64,000 nt of DNA, taken from contig JAXGYC010000007.1 in assembly GCA_040772485.1 (NCBI GenBank), forward strand, positions 64,001-128,000. The letters run 5' to 3'. The notes under the pieces are model-generated. The model saw only the letters and a list, made by a program, of their open reading frames with translations. It ran no database searches and was not told the origin of the DNA. Below are positions 8,887 to 19,300 of the stretch, in pieces; the first letter of the stretch is position 1, and every line of letters starts with the position of its first letter. Made by a program: the position numbers and the translations under genes. The stretch is from Sedimentisphaerales bacterium. Its GTDB lineage: Bacteria; Planctomycetota; Phycisphaerae; Sedimentisphaerales; Anaerobacaceae.

Positions 8887-10090
8887 GGGCTTCACCGCCC
8901 TGTTCAACGGAAAGGACCTGACCGGCTGGAAGGGCCTGCTCAAAGGCCCCTACGACAATCCCGATAAGCGGGCGGCCCTGGAGCCCGACAAGCTCGCCGA
9001 GCTGCAGAAAGAGGCCAACGACAACATGGTCGCCCACTGGAAGGTGGTCGACGGCGTCCTGGTCTTCGACGGCAAGGGCCGCAGCCTGTGCACCGCGAAG
9101 GACTACGCCGATTTCGAGATGCTCGTCGACTGGAAGATCGAGAAGGCCGGCGACAGCGGCATCTACCTTCGCGGCGCACCTCAGGTGCAGATCTGGGACA
9201 CCGCCCTGCGGACGGTCGGCGCCCAGGTCGGCTCCGGCGGCCTCTACAACAACCAGAAGAACCCGAGCAAGCCGACGAAGGTCGCGGACAAGCCGGTCGG
9301 CGAGTGGAACACCTTCCGCATCATCATGGTCGGCGAGAACGTCACCGTCTACCTGAACGACGAGCTGGTCGTGGACAACGTGGTGATGGAGAACTACTGG
9401 GACCGCAGCAAACCCATCTACCCCACCGGGCAGATCGAGCTTCAGAACCACGGGAACTTCCTGTACTTCCGGAACATCTACATCCGCGAGATCCTGACCG
9501 CGGAGGAGCGGCTGGCGGGCTTCGTGCCGCTGTTCAACGGGCGCGACATGGCCGGCTGGACCGGCAACACCACCGGCTACTACGCCGAGGACGGCCGGAT
9601 GATCTGCGACCCGAAGAAGGCCGGCGGCAACGTGTACACGGCAGACGAGTACGGCGACTTCATCTTCCGATTCGAGTTCAAGCTGACTCCCGGGGCCAAC
9701 AACGGGCTGGGGATCCGCTCGCCGCTGTCGGGCGACTCCGCCTATCAGGGCATGGAGCTCCAGATTCTGGACGATACGGCGGCCAAATATGCGACGCTCC
9801 AGCCGTACCAGTATCATGGCTCGATCTATGGCGTGGTCCCCGCCAAGCGAGGTCACCAGAAGCCGGTCGGCGAGTGGAACAGTCAGGAAGTGATCGCCAA
9901 GGGGCCGCACATCACCGTCAATCTCAACGGGGCGACCATCGTCGACGCCGATATCGAAAAGGCCAGCACGCCGGAGACCATGGACCATCGCGAGCATCCC
10001 GGCCTGAAGAACCCAAAGGGCCACATCGGCTTCTGCGGACACGGCGACTACCTCGAGTTCCGCAACATCCGGATCAAGCCGCTCGATTAG
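8783..10090 (+). CDS. Tandem DUF1080 (3-keto-disaccharide hydrolase family) protein
   Basis: Signal peptide; two diverged domains (LFNGKDLTGW, GEWN, FRNI); RBS before ATG 8783. Confidence 0.9.
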   Translation: MRSKTFHSTTILAAVSLIGLSLAYTAQAELNQPPEGFTALFNGKDLTGWKGLLKGPYDNPDKRAALEPDKLAELQKEANDNMVAHWKVVDGVLVFDGKGRSLCTAKDYADFEMLVDWKIEKAGDSGIYLRGAPQVQIWDTALRTVGAQVGSGGLYNNQKNPSKPTKVADKPVGEWNTFRIIMVGENVTVYLNDELVVDNVVMENYWDRSKPIYPTGQIELQNHGNFLYFRNIYIREILTAEERLAGFVPLFNGRDMAGWTGNTTGYYAEDGRMICDPKKAGGNVYTADEYGDFIFRFEFKLTPGANNGLGIRSPLSGDSAYQGMELQILDDTAAKYATLQPYQYHGSIYGVVPAKRGHQKPVGEWNSQEVIAKGPHITVNLNGATIVDADIEKASTPETMDHREHPGLKNPKGHIGFCGHGDYLEFRNIRIKPLD

Positions 10091-10353
10091 CGGCACGTTT
10101 CGACACTCCGTGACGGTGTATTGACGAGGCCAGCGGACCCACGCCGGTCAGAGGCCGCCGGGCTGTATCGGGCCGGCCCCGGATGAGCTCTGTAGGCGTT
10201 TCCCTGACGCAGAGCCAGCCTTTTCCCTAACCGTCCTCGCTGCACCGGGCGGTCTTCGCCCGCGTATACCCCCGTGGCCTGTTATATGGGACGTTGCCTT
10301 GGGGGCAGCGTCGCTCTTGGAGCGTTACTCATTGCCAGCACGGAGGTTATGCG

Positions 10354-10782
10354 ATGACGCGATGGATGTTATGGGCAGCCGTCGCAGGGCTTCTGTCTGC
10401 CGTGCAGGTTGCCGGGGCCGGAACGGATCGAGAGGCCGACCTTGAGCAGCTCCTGGATGCGATCGCAGCGGTGGAAAGCCGGGCGAATCCGGAGGCAGTA
10501 GGAGACAGCGGGCGAGCCAGGGGGGCCTACCAGATCCACCGCCGCTACTGGGTCGACGGGACCAGGATTCTGGGCGTGGACTGGAGCTACGACGAGGCCA
10601 TCGACCCCTACAAAGCCCGCCAGGTCGTACGAGCTTACCTGACGCACTATGGGCGGGATCGTAGCCTTCTGGAGAAGGCCCGCATACACAACGGCGGCCC
10701 ACGAGGCTACCGCAAGCAGGCAACGCTGCCATACGCGCGGAAGATCGTCAAGGTCCTTCAGACCGAGTGCGAATCGTCGTAG
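10354..10782 (+). CDS. Secreted lysozyme-like protein (i-type/destabilase- or SLT-like)
   Basis: Signal peptide, AIAAVES catalytic Glu, GAYQI...[22 protein letters not shown]. Confidence 0.8.
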   Translation: MTRWMLWAAVAGLLSAVQVAGAGTDREADLEQLLDAIAAVESRANPEAVGDSGRARGAYQIHRRYWVDGTRILGVDWSYDEAIDPYKARQVVRAYLTHYGRDRSLLEKARIHNGGPRGYRKQATLPYARKIVKVLQTECESS

Positions 10783-11612
10783 CCGCATTCGGCGCACGTT
10801 TCCCAGACGTCCGTCTCCTGCGGCGTGATGTTGATGATGTCAGGCGTCTGGAGCCGGCCGAGGGCTTCTTTCGCGAGGGCTTCGTACTCAGCGGCCCCCC
10901 TGCTGTCGGGTGCGTAGGTCTGGATGGCTTGGCCCACGCTGGGCGCCTCGGCCAGGGTGATGGTCTTGTGGATGACGGTGTCGAACACCAGGGGCCCGAA
11001 AAGGCCGCGCATGCCATCCTCGACCCGCTTGCTCAGGAGCGTGCGGCCCTCCACGAAGGTCAGCAGCAGCCCCATCGGCCGGACCAGGCACGGGTGGAAC
11101 CGCGTCCGGATCACCTGGATCGTGTCGAGCAGACGCTTCAGGCCGTCCAGGGCATAGAAATGGGCCTGCACCGGCACGATCACGTTCGTGCTGGCGGTCA
11201 GGGCGTTGAGCATGAGCAGCCCGAGCGTCGGGGGGCAATCGATCAGGCAGATGTCGTACCAGTCGGCGATCGGCCGCAATTGCTCGCCCAGAATCAGTTC
11301 CTTGCCGGGAGCGGTTCGCAGCTCCAGGTCGAGCCCGGCCAGAAGCACGTTGGCCGGCAGCAGGTGGAGGTTGTCGATGTTGGTCCGCTGGATGATCGAT
11401 GCCAGGCGGGCGTTGCCGCCGACCATGAAATCGTACACCGTCAGGTCCAGCTCGTTCGGACTGTACCCCAAGCCGAGGGTGGCGTGTCCTTGCGGGTCGA
11501 AATCCAGCAGCAGGACCTTGTAGCCCATCAGGGCAAAGGCCCCAGCCAGGTTGATGGCGGTGGTCGTCTTGCCGCAGCCGCCCTTCTGATTCGCAACCGC
11601 TATGATCTGCAT
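10758..11612 (-). CDS. parA: ParA/Soj family ATPase
   Basis: [34 protein letters not shown]. Confidence 0.92.
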   Translation of the reverse strand: MQIIAVANQKGGCGKTTTAINLAGAFALMGYKVLLLDFDPQGHATLGLGYSPNELDLTVYDFMVGGNARLASIIQRTNIDNLHLLPANVLLAGLDLELRTAPGKELILGEQLRPIADWYDICLIDCPPTLGLLMLNALTASTNVIVPVQAHFYALDGLKRLLDTIQVIRTRFHPCLVRPMGLLLTFVEGRTLLSKRVEDGMRGLFGPLVFDTVIHKTITLAEAPSVGQAIQTYAPDSRGAAEYEALAKEALGRLQTPDIINITPQETDVWETCAECGYDDSHSV

Positions 11613-12068
11613 GCAGCCGTCAGGATCGAAGCAACAGAACCCAGGATTGAATCGACTCCCTTCACCCGCCGCTCGCACGTCCATGATGGTCCTATTTTAC
11701 CAGCCCAGCAGGCCTGATTTCAAGGAAAAACCGCCCCCGACCCCCCAACCGTGTCTGTGCGAATTTCGCGGCAAGGCCTGTTTTCCAGCACAGAGCGTCA
11801 CGTGTGGCAGCGGCAAGCGAAGGCTTGCCGATGGTGATACGCATGCCGTCGAAGCCATCGGCAAACTCCGCCTTGCCTCGTTTGCCGCTGCCACCCGCCT
11901 GCCAGGATATCTTCACAGACACCCCCAACCGGAGCGGGGGCCCCGAAACGCCGTTCAAATAGCCCAAAACCCCAGGAAATCCTCATCTGAGGCCTCCCGC
12001 CAGCCGATAAACACGACGGAGGGAGGGAGTATGATTATAGGGCCTGTAGGCCATGGGAGGTTTGCCAC

Positions 12069-12467
12069 ATGCTCAAGGCAAAGGACATCATGACGACCGA
12101 GGTCGTGGCCGTATCCAAGGACGCGGACATCTATCGGGCGATCCGGATGATGGTGGAGAACAACGTGACGGGCCTGCCTGTCATCGACAAGGATCGGATG
12201 CTGGTGGGCGTGGTCACGGAGAAGGACGTCCTGAAGCTGCTCTATGAGGTGGAAGACCGGCCCGGGAAGGTCGAGCACTACATGACCAAGGCGGTGGTCG
12301 CGTTCGACCAGGAGACGGAAATCGGGATCGTCGCGGACGGGCTGGCGACCAGCCACTTCCGGCGTGTTCCCATCCTCAACCACGGTCGGCTGGTCGGCAT
12401 CATCAGCCGCAAGGACGTCATCCAACACATCAAAGAGCAATGGCTCACGGAGAAGGCTCCCGCGTAG
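12069..12467 (+). CDS. CBS domain pair protein
   Basis: DIMT...GLPVID...LVGVVTEKD; RVPIL..GRLVGIISRKD. Confidence 0.93.
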   Translation: MLKAKDIMTTEVVAVSKDADIYRAIRMMVENNVTGLPVIDKDRMLVGVVTEKDVLKLLYEVEDRPGKVEHYMTKAVVAFDQETEIGIVADGLATSHFRRVPILNHGRLVGIISRKDVIQHIKEQWLTEKAPA

Positions 12468-12509
12468 GGCAGAACCTGCTCGGCTCTACGCCAACCGAAA
12501 GGTTTCGAT

Positions 12510-12893
12510 ATGCACGAGACGAAAGACATCATGTCAACCGACGTCGTGAGCGTCCAGCCCGACACCCCTGTCGCGAGAGTCGTGGAGCTGCTGATCGAGA
12601 ACGACATCACCGGCCTGCCGGTGGTCGAACCGTCGGGCCGACTGGTCGGCATCGTCACCGAGAAGGACCTGATCGGCGTTCTGTGCGGCCAGGACGCGCC
12701 CAGCGGCACGGCACGGGACTACATGACCGACGACGTCATCAGCTTCGACGAGGACGACGACATCATTGCCATTTGCGAGTGTCTGATCCACAACCATCTG
12801 CGCAGGGTCCCCATTCTGGCCGATGGGAAGCTCGTCGGCATCATCAGCCGACGGGACCTCATCAAGTACATCATGGAGCCCATCGGCCGCTGA
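12510..12893 (+). CDS. CBS domain pair protein (paralog of the preceding gene)
   Basis: DIMS...GLPVVE...LVGIVTEKD; RVPILADGKLVGIISRRD. Confidence 0.93.
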   Translation: MHETKDIMSTDVVSVQPDTPVARVVELLIENDITGLPVVEPSGRLVGIVTEKDLIGVLCGQDAPSGTARDYMTDDVISFDEDDDIIAICECLIHNHLRRVPILADGKLVGIISRRDLIKYIMEPIGR

Positions 12894-13149
12894 GCCACCT
12901 TCGAGCCGCTCGCATCGGCCTGCTTTTCCGAAAAGACAACCTGCGACCTCCAGTTTTCCGGGTTGTGCGCCCGCGGATTGTCTCGGGTCAAAATACGTAG
13001 TCTCCACAATTGACGAGTCCACCGGCGATCATAGACTGAACACCGATCTTGGGGAAAAGGCGACAGCGGATCGCCGGGTGGGGATGAGCCGGTTCGAAAC
13101 GCTGACGTCAGACATGAGGCAGCACTGTGATGGGGCGAAAGGACGATCT

Positions 13150-13464
13150 ATGGACGGGTCTACCCCCGAGGGAATGACGGGTCCATCACACGACAAGGAT
13201 ACGTCGGACAGGCAGAACGGCAGCAACGTCGAACGTTTCATCCGAGTGACATACGAGAAGCTGCCGGCGGAGACCAAGGTGCTCGTGGCGCTCTTCTCGG
13301 CCATGAACACCGTGACGACGTTGACCAAGGATTTCCAACTGCCCGATACCCTGTGGGACTCGATGCTCTTCCACAGCGGCGGTCCCCTCGTCGGCGAGTC
13401 GGAGGAAGTCAACTGGCTCAAGGGAATCTGCGACGGGATTCTGCTGGTAGCCAACCACGCATAG
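13150..13464 (+). CDS. Small hypothetical protein (start uncertain, 13084 or 13150)
   Basis: AAAGGA RBS before ATG 13150; host-like codon usage in the C-half. Confidence 0.5.
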   Translation: MDGSTPEGMTGPSHDKDTSDRQNGSNVERFIRVTYEKLPAETKVLVALFSAMNTVTTLTKDFQLPDTLWDSMLFHSGGPLVGESEEVNWLKGICDGILLVANHA

Positions 13465-13630
13465 CCGCCACTCTTGAGGCGCCATCCATCGATCGGCCTC
13501 GGCCGCAGATCACTCCTCGTTCTTCACAAATCTCCCTCTGGCAAACTTTCCCACATTTACATGAGCGGCGGCCCGGCCGACTCAAGGTCCGATGAGCCGG
13601 CGCCGAGCCCTGCATCCGGAAAATTGCCAT

Positions 13631-13659
13631 TGGACAAAGAGCGTCCGGTCGGGCATAAT
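13631..13659 (+). promoter_or_regulatory. Candidate sigma70 promoter TGGACA-N17-CATAAT for the four-gene operon
   Basis: Hexamers and 17-nt spacing read directly from the sequence. Confidence 0.5.
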
Positions 13660-13850
13660 GTCGTGCGCGCCAGGCAGCGATCTCCCGGGGAGATCGGGCG
13701 TACTCGTCAGGACGTTTCCCTGGAACTGTCGCGGGGAAGTCGAGACGATCGTCGCGTGTCGCGCCCAGACACGTGCGACGCGGCGCCACGGATGGGGTGG
13801 AGAAGAGCGTAGGAATCCGAGCGTTTGAGTCTCGAGTGGACGAGAGTTCT

Positions 13851-16274
13851 ATGCTGAGAGTCCGTATCGACAATCATGACGCCAAGGTGATGCCGATCTC
13901 TCTGGCCCAGATGGTCTTCGACGGCCGGCTCGATCGACACGATCCGGCCAAAAGCTCCGACGGCGCGACGGAACAGCCGCTGGAGCGCGCGATCGGCCCA
14001 ACCTGCCTGGAGGCGCTGGCCGCCGAACTGCTCGTCCGGCTGCGGTCGATGTACCGGCGGGGCGTCCGCGCCGAGGGCATCGACGCGCTTCGCACGCGGG
14101 TCGAGTCGCTGTGCCAATGGCACTGGGCCGTGCCGAACATTCGTGCTCGCTTCCTGTGGAGCGCCGCCTGGCTCAACGAGCTGAGCGAGCGCTTCGAGAC
14201 CGCCGTCAGCTACTACGACGCCTTTCTCCAGGCGCGGTGCCGGGAGTCTCACCTGCGTCTTCTGGCCTACAACAATCGCGGCGCGCTGTGTATCCGGCTG
14301 GGACGGCTGGACGGGGTGCAGGACCTGGCGAAGTCCGCGATCCCGTCGGACACGAATTCCGGCAGGCCGGCTCCGGTGACGGGGCTTCCGGCCGCGTGCT
14401 TCAATCTTCTCAACGTGATCAACGTGGCCATCGAGGTGGACAACCTCACGCAGGCCGTCGATGGACAACTTACCGAGTACTTCCTCCAACTTCCCGAAGA
14501 GGCCAGGCGCCACTGGCTGGGAGCGGCGTCCCACGCGGACCGCGCGTCCATGCATGGACCGGAAGATTCGTCCATTCTCGGCGATCCAACCTGGCGGTCT
14601 CTCAATCATCTGACGTCACGCCTGGCGGCGCAGGCGATGTCACTCGATCCAACACAGGCCGCCGAACAGACCCCGGCGCGCGAACCGTCGTGTGAACTGC
14701 TGCTCTGGGGTGACGAACTGCCCGCGTGCGCGCATGATCGCTATGCCGAAGCGGCGACGCTTCTGTTGGCCAATCAGATTCCTTCCTCCCTCCTCTCGCA
14801 GGACCGTCCCGGACGGCGGGCCGAGCAGTCCGCCCTGGAGGAGTTGGCCGAGATCGAGGGACTGGTGGCCGCCGGCAGCTTCGAGCTGGCGCGCTCGCGT
14901 CTGGAGGTGCAACGCAGGATCCTCGTCGCGCTGGACCATCAGGTCCGTCGGGACGAGCTGCTGGCGCAGGTAGAGGCCGAGCTGCTCCGGATCAGAGACG
15001 ACGAGAAGGACTTCCGGCAGCTCCAGCTCCAGCGAACTTGCGCGCGACTCGTCAGCGAACTGGAGCGGGTCTGCAGACTCACGAATCTCGCCGCCGCCGA
15101 ACGGCAGATCGAGGACCTCAAACACCGGCTCGCCGAGCACAAGTCCCGGCTGGGACCGCAGGCCGGCGCCGAGTTCGTCGGTCTGCTGGAGGAGCTTTCC
15201 TTTCGAGCCGAGCGGCACCTGGGTCGCCTGAGGCGACTGGACGTGCGAAAGAGAATCCGCGAGCCTCTGCGGCAGCTTCGCCGCACGTGGCCGGCCGACT
15301 GGACCGCCTCGGTCCCCGATTCGGCGTACGCGGCCCTGGCGCAGTGCCATCTCAACGATCCGAGCGGACACGTGGAAGACTGGCCGCGTCTGCGGGACCA
15401 GCTCGATGCGCATCAGGCGCAGTTCCGGCTGCGAACCGCGCTGGCCCAGTGGTCGAGCGAGCCGGCCCTGCCCGAGAGAGTCGAGGCGCTCCTGGCGGAC
15501 GTGCTGACGCTCTGCCCCGACTCCTGGCACACGATCGCCCCGTTCTTCGGCCTGACCGATGAGCGGCCTTCTGCGACGGCGTCGGGGGCGGCCACCGACA
15601 TGCGGACGGCTCTCGAGGCAGCGGCCCGTCACATGCTGCCCGCGCCACCGGCAGACTCTCAGGAACGTGGGGACAGTCACCGCCGCGACCTGCTGAACCG
15701 CGCCGGCTCGCTTGTGAACCGGGCGTTCCGTGAACTGCACGGAAACCCCCGGCGATTTGCGCGTCTGTGGGAGTGCCTGCGAAGCACGTTGACGCCTGCT
15801 TTGGCCGATGCGCCGGTAGAGGCGATCGCCGACATTTCGGCCATCGCCGGACGATGCCTGGACCATTGGCCGGCCAGAGATTCGGGGCTGGCGGGACGAT
15901 CGGACCCGCGCAATCCCGTGCGGCTGTTTCTCGAATCGTGCGAGAAGACGCGCTGTCTGGCCATGGCCGAAAGGCTGCTCGACTCAGAACCCGCAAAGAC
16001 CCAGGAGGCGTCGGAGCACATCGGCTGGGCGCTGGGGATGGGACTCGACGCAAACGATCAGGTCCGGCGGGCCGCTGCGTGCGTCTACCTCGCCGGACGC
16101 CACGATCAGGATCCGCCGGCCCTGCAACGGCAGGTGCTCGACGGCCTCGACGCGTGGGCCGAAGGGCTTGCCGAAGACGCCGTACGCCGCATCACAGAAC
16201 AACAGATCATCGGCCGGATCGCGACGATCAGGACGCCGCTTGGCTCTGCGCCGTCCGACCGGCAGGAGATATGA
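13851..16274 (+). CDS. Hypothetical helical protein with N-terminal TPR-like repeat and coiled-coil (start uncertain)
   Basis: AVSYYDAFL...LAYNNRGALCIRLG TPR-like motif; long Leu/Glu/Arg-rich helices; first gene of the operon. Confidence 0.75.
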   Translation: MLRVRIDNHDAKVMPISLAQMVFDGRLDRHDPAKSSDGATEQPLERAIGPTCLEALAAELLVRLRSMYRRGVRAEGIDALRTRVESLCQWHWAVPNIRARFLWSAAWLNELSERFETAVSYYDAFLQARCRESHLRLLAYNNRGALCIRLGRLDGVQDLAKSAIPSDTNSGRPAPVTGLPAACFNLLNVINVAIEVDNLTQAVDGQLTEYFLQLPEEARRHWLGAASHADRASMHGPEDSSILGDPTWRSLNHLTSRLAAQAMSLDPTQAAEQTPAREPSCELLLWGDELPACAHDRYAEAATLLLANQIPSSLLSQDRPGRRAEQSALEELAEIEGLVAAGSFELARSRLEVQRRILVALDHQVRRDELLAQVEAELLRIRDDEKDFRQLQLQRTCARLVSELERVCRLTNLAAAERQIEDLKHRLAEHKSRLGPQAGAEFVGLLEELSFRAERHLGRLRRLDVRKRIREPLRQLRRTWPADWTASVPDSAYAALAQCHLNDPSGHVEDWPRLRDQLDAHQAQFRLRTALAQWSSEPALPERVEALLADVLTLCPDSWHTIAPFFGLTDERPSATASGAATDMRTALEAAARHMLPAPPADSQERGDSHRRDLLNRAGSLVNRAFRELHGNPRRFARLWECLRSTLTPALADAPVEAIADISAIAGRCLDHWPARDSGLAGRSDPRNPVRLFLESCEKTRCLAMAERLLDSEPAKTQEASEHIGWALGMGLDANDQVRRAAACVYLAGRHDQDPPALQRQVLDGLDAWAEGLAEDAVRRITEQQIIGRIATIRTPLGSAPSDRQEI

Positions 16275-16300
16275 GGGACGTTTGACGTCTCTGGAGTACT

Positions 16301-19300
16301 ATGTATAGAAGAATCTCGTTCATTCTCGTTGCCGCTCTGCTCGTCCGCACGTTCGCGAGGGACGCCGCGACGGCACAGACCTCCGACGCGGTCCTGACGG
16401 GCGCGCCGCCCTGCTACGTGGTGATCGCCGTCGACGTCTCGGGTGGCATGGACCGGGCAGACACCCCCGCCGACGACGGTCGGGGTCGGCGAGTCACGCT
16501 CCGCGCCGATGCGCAACTGATCGCCATGCAGTTCCTGCCATACCTCTACTCCGACCTCCACATCGGAGTGTGCCATTTCTCCGACCGCGTCCGGTACAGC
16601 CTGCCCAGCGAGGAAACGGCGCCGCTGCTGGCCTGGGGCGGCAGTTACCTCAACGAGGCCGCCTGCCGCAACATGGTGCGCGATCCGGCGTTCACGGGGA
16701 GCTTCTATGCCGAGCTCGATCAGGGCCTGGACTGGGCGCTGACGCGGATTCAGGCGGCACGACGGCAGCACGGCAACGGTCCGGGCAAGATCATCCTCCT
16801 CAGCCGCGGCGATCCGCGCGATGCGGCGCGGGACATCAGGACCGGCGGCCCCCTGCTCAATGCGGCCACGAGACTCGCCCGCCAGGACGTTCGCGTGTAC
16901 CCCGTGATCGTCAACCGAGCGTCCTATCGCACCGGGGCCGGCGTCGGCGACACGCCGTCGTCGGAACGAACGGCAGAGCAGATGATGGCGGCGCTGGCCT
17001 CGCTGACCGGCGGCAAGGCCTATCGCATCACGCGCACGATGGGGCTGCCCGACATCCTGATGGATGTCTTCGGCCTGGGCGCGGCGCTGGCCGAAAAGGC
17101 CGCGATCAGCCGATACGACTGGGCGACCGTGATCGTCGGTCGCACGCCGGCGGCCCTGAGCATCGCGCCGCCCGCAGACGCAGTGGACGCACAGACACGC
17201 GTCTGGGCCCTCGATGCACGGCTGGAGGCAGACGCGGGCATTCGCAGCAACAGCGTGACCAGCAGCCAGTGGCAGGCGACGGTTCTTCGCCGGCCCGACA
17301 CGATGGAGCGAGCCTGGGAGGGACACTGGACGCTCTCGCCGCCGGCCGGGGCGCGCCTCTATCGCATACCCGACTTCGTCGTGCAACTGGAACCTCGGCC
17401 CGCATCGCCCTGGTGGGTGTATGAACAGGGACAGATCACCGCGCACGTGGTCGATCGTCACAAAGGGACTTCCATCCGCACGAGCGATCCGGCGGGCGCT
17501 CTGTCGGTCCGCCTGACCTTCGCGTCTCAGGGTCAGAGCGAGCCGTCGCCTCTGGACGGCGGGCAGTGGACGGCCCCTTCGCGGCTCTACGAGAGCGATC
17601 TCTTCACCATCGGAGTCTTCGGGCTGTACGAGTTTCGAGGCGAGTTGCTCCACCGGATCGGCGATGCGGACGTCTCGCTGGCCGATGCGACGAGCGAAGT
17701 GCTGGTGCATCCGCCCTGCGTTCGTCTGAGCGCTGTCGGGGCATCCGGCGAGGTCCTCGGCTCCGTGTCCGATCTGTCGGAGCCTTTGTCCATCAACCTG
17801 CACGGAGGCCAGTCGGTGGCGTTTCGTCTGGCGCCCGAAGGGACCTCGGGCGCAAAGCCTTTGTCCGGCACGCTCCACGTCGAGCCGCTTGTCCAGACGA
17901 GCTGGACGTTTGAAAAGGACGATCAGGACAATCTCATCGCCGGGCCGATGGAACTGCCCGAAGGCGAGATGCAAATCTCCGGCTGGGCCGAGGCGCAGGT
18001 CGAGACGTCCGCCGGTGTCATGCCGTTCCGCCTGCCCCGCTTCGAACTGGCCTATGGACCGGCGCCGGTGCGAGTCGAGTGCGCCTTCACCGATCCGCGC
18101 CAAGCGGTGTGGGTGGGCGAGCTTCACCGCCAGTTGGTGACGGTCTCGGCGTTTCCGGTCTTCGAAGCCGACCGCGAGCGAGTCGCACAAATGTTCCCCG
18201 AGACGCTCAGCGGCGCGCGACTGCGAACGGTGGACCTGACCAGTAACACGGCGCAGGTGATGACACCCCGCGTTCGCCTGGTGGGCGTGCCGAAGCCGAC
18301 CGGCTACAAGGGACGCGCGCTGGCGGCGACGTATGCTCTCGAGTCCGAGGTTCCGTTGCCCCGCGCCGACCGGTGCGAGATCAGCCTCGACGGGACGATC
18401 GAAGGCCTCCAGGGGGCCGTGAAGACCTACGCGGTCGTCGACCCGATCGCGACGGGCCTGCTGCGATGGGCCCTTTATCAGCCGCCCGGCGAGGCGCCGG
18501 CCCAGGGCCTGGCGGAGACGCTCTACTGCGGCGAGCCGGTCCGCTTCACGACCCAATGGCAACCCGGCCAGGATATCTCGTCGGTTCGTCTGGAGCTGAC
18601 GCGTCCCGGCGCGGACGGACCCGTGAGCCTGAGCGTGACTCCTGCCGCGGGCGAGCGCCAGGCGTCGTTCGAGCAGACTCTGCCCGAGCCCCTGCAATCG
18701 GGACAGACGTATCCGGCGCACGTGTACGTGGTCACAAAGCCGCCTGCGGCGGCAACGCCGGTCGAGATCAAGCTCGACGCCGGACGGGTCCACGCGCGCG
18801 ACCGGCGCCTGCTGCTGGAGGAGCTGAGCATCGGAGAAGAAACCGGCCGGGACGTGGCGTGCCATACATGGGAGCCGGTCCGAATCCCGCTGCGCATCGT
18901 GTTCGGCGGTTACATCGCGGGCAACTCGCAACACAGCGAGCGGATCGATCAGGTCAAGACCTCGTGCCGCGTGACGGTGACCTCGCCCTTCGGCGACGTG
19001 CAGGACGTCAGCGACTCGATCGAATGGACGGCGCTGACTCCCAGCGACACGCGCCAGGGCCGGGCCACACGATGCGAGCTGAAGGGATACACCCCGTACG
19101 TTCCGCGCAACATCGGACGGGCGGCGGTGGAGATGCGCATCGAGTTTGCGAGGGAACAGGCCGCACCCGCAACGGAACGCGCCTCCGGCCATCTGGCGAT
19201 CAGGGAGCCTCGACTGGCTCTAAGCGTGCAGCGTCTCACATCGTCCGGTCAGAGTTCTCTGTTCGATTCGCAAATCTGGGCGACCGGTTCCGGCGGCTTG

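Noticed and set aside
10100..10290. GC-rich intergenic stems as an ncRNA or riboswitch
   Set aside because: No recognisable conserved motif; at most a weak terminator (gctctg...cagagc then cctttt)
10758..11612. ParA as evidence for a plasmid or prophage
   Set aside because: No parB, rep, integrase or phage genes; neighbours look chromosomal
16106..19192. 1028-aa minus-strand ORF, plus similar long ORFs at 8126-10096, 20925-22781, 23923-26691, 41602-43935 and 43996-46425
   Set aside because: Antisense shadows of GC-rich genes; Arg/Gly-rich with no motifs
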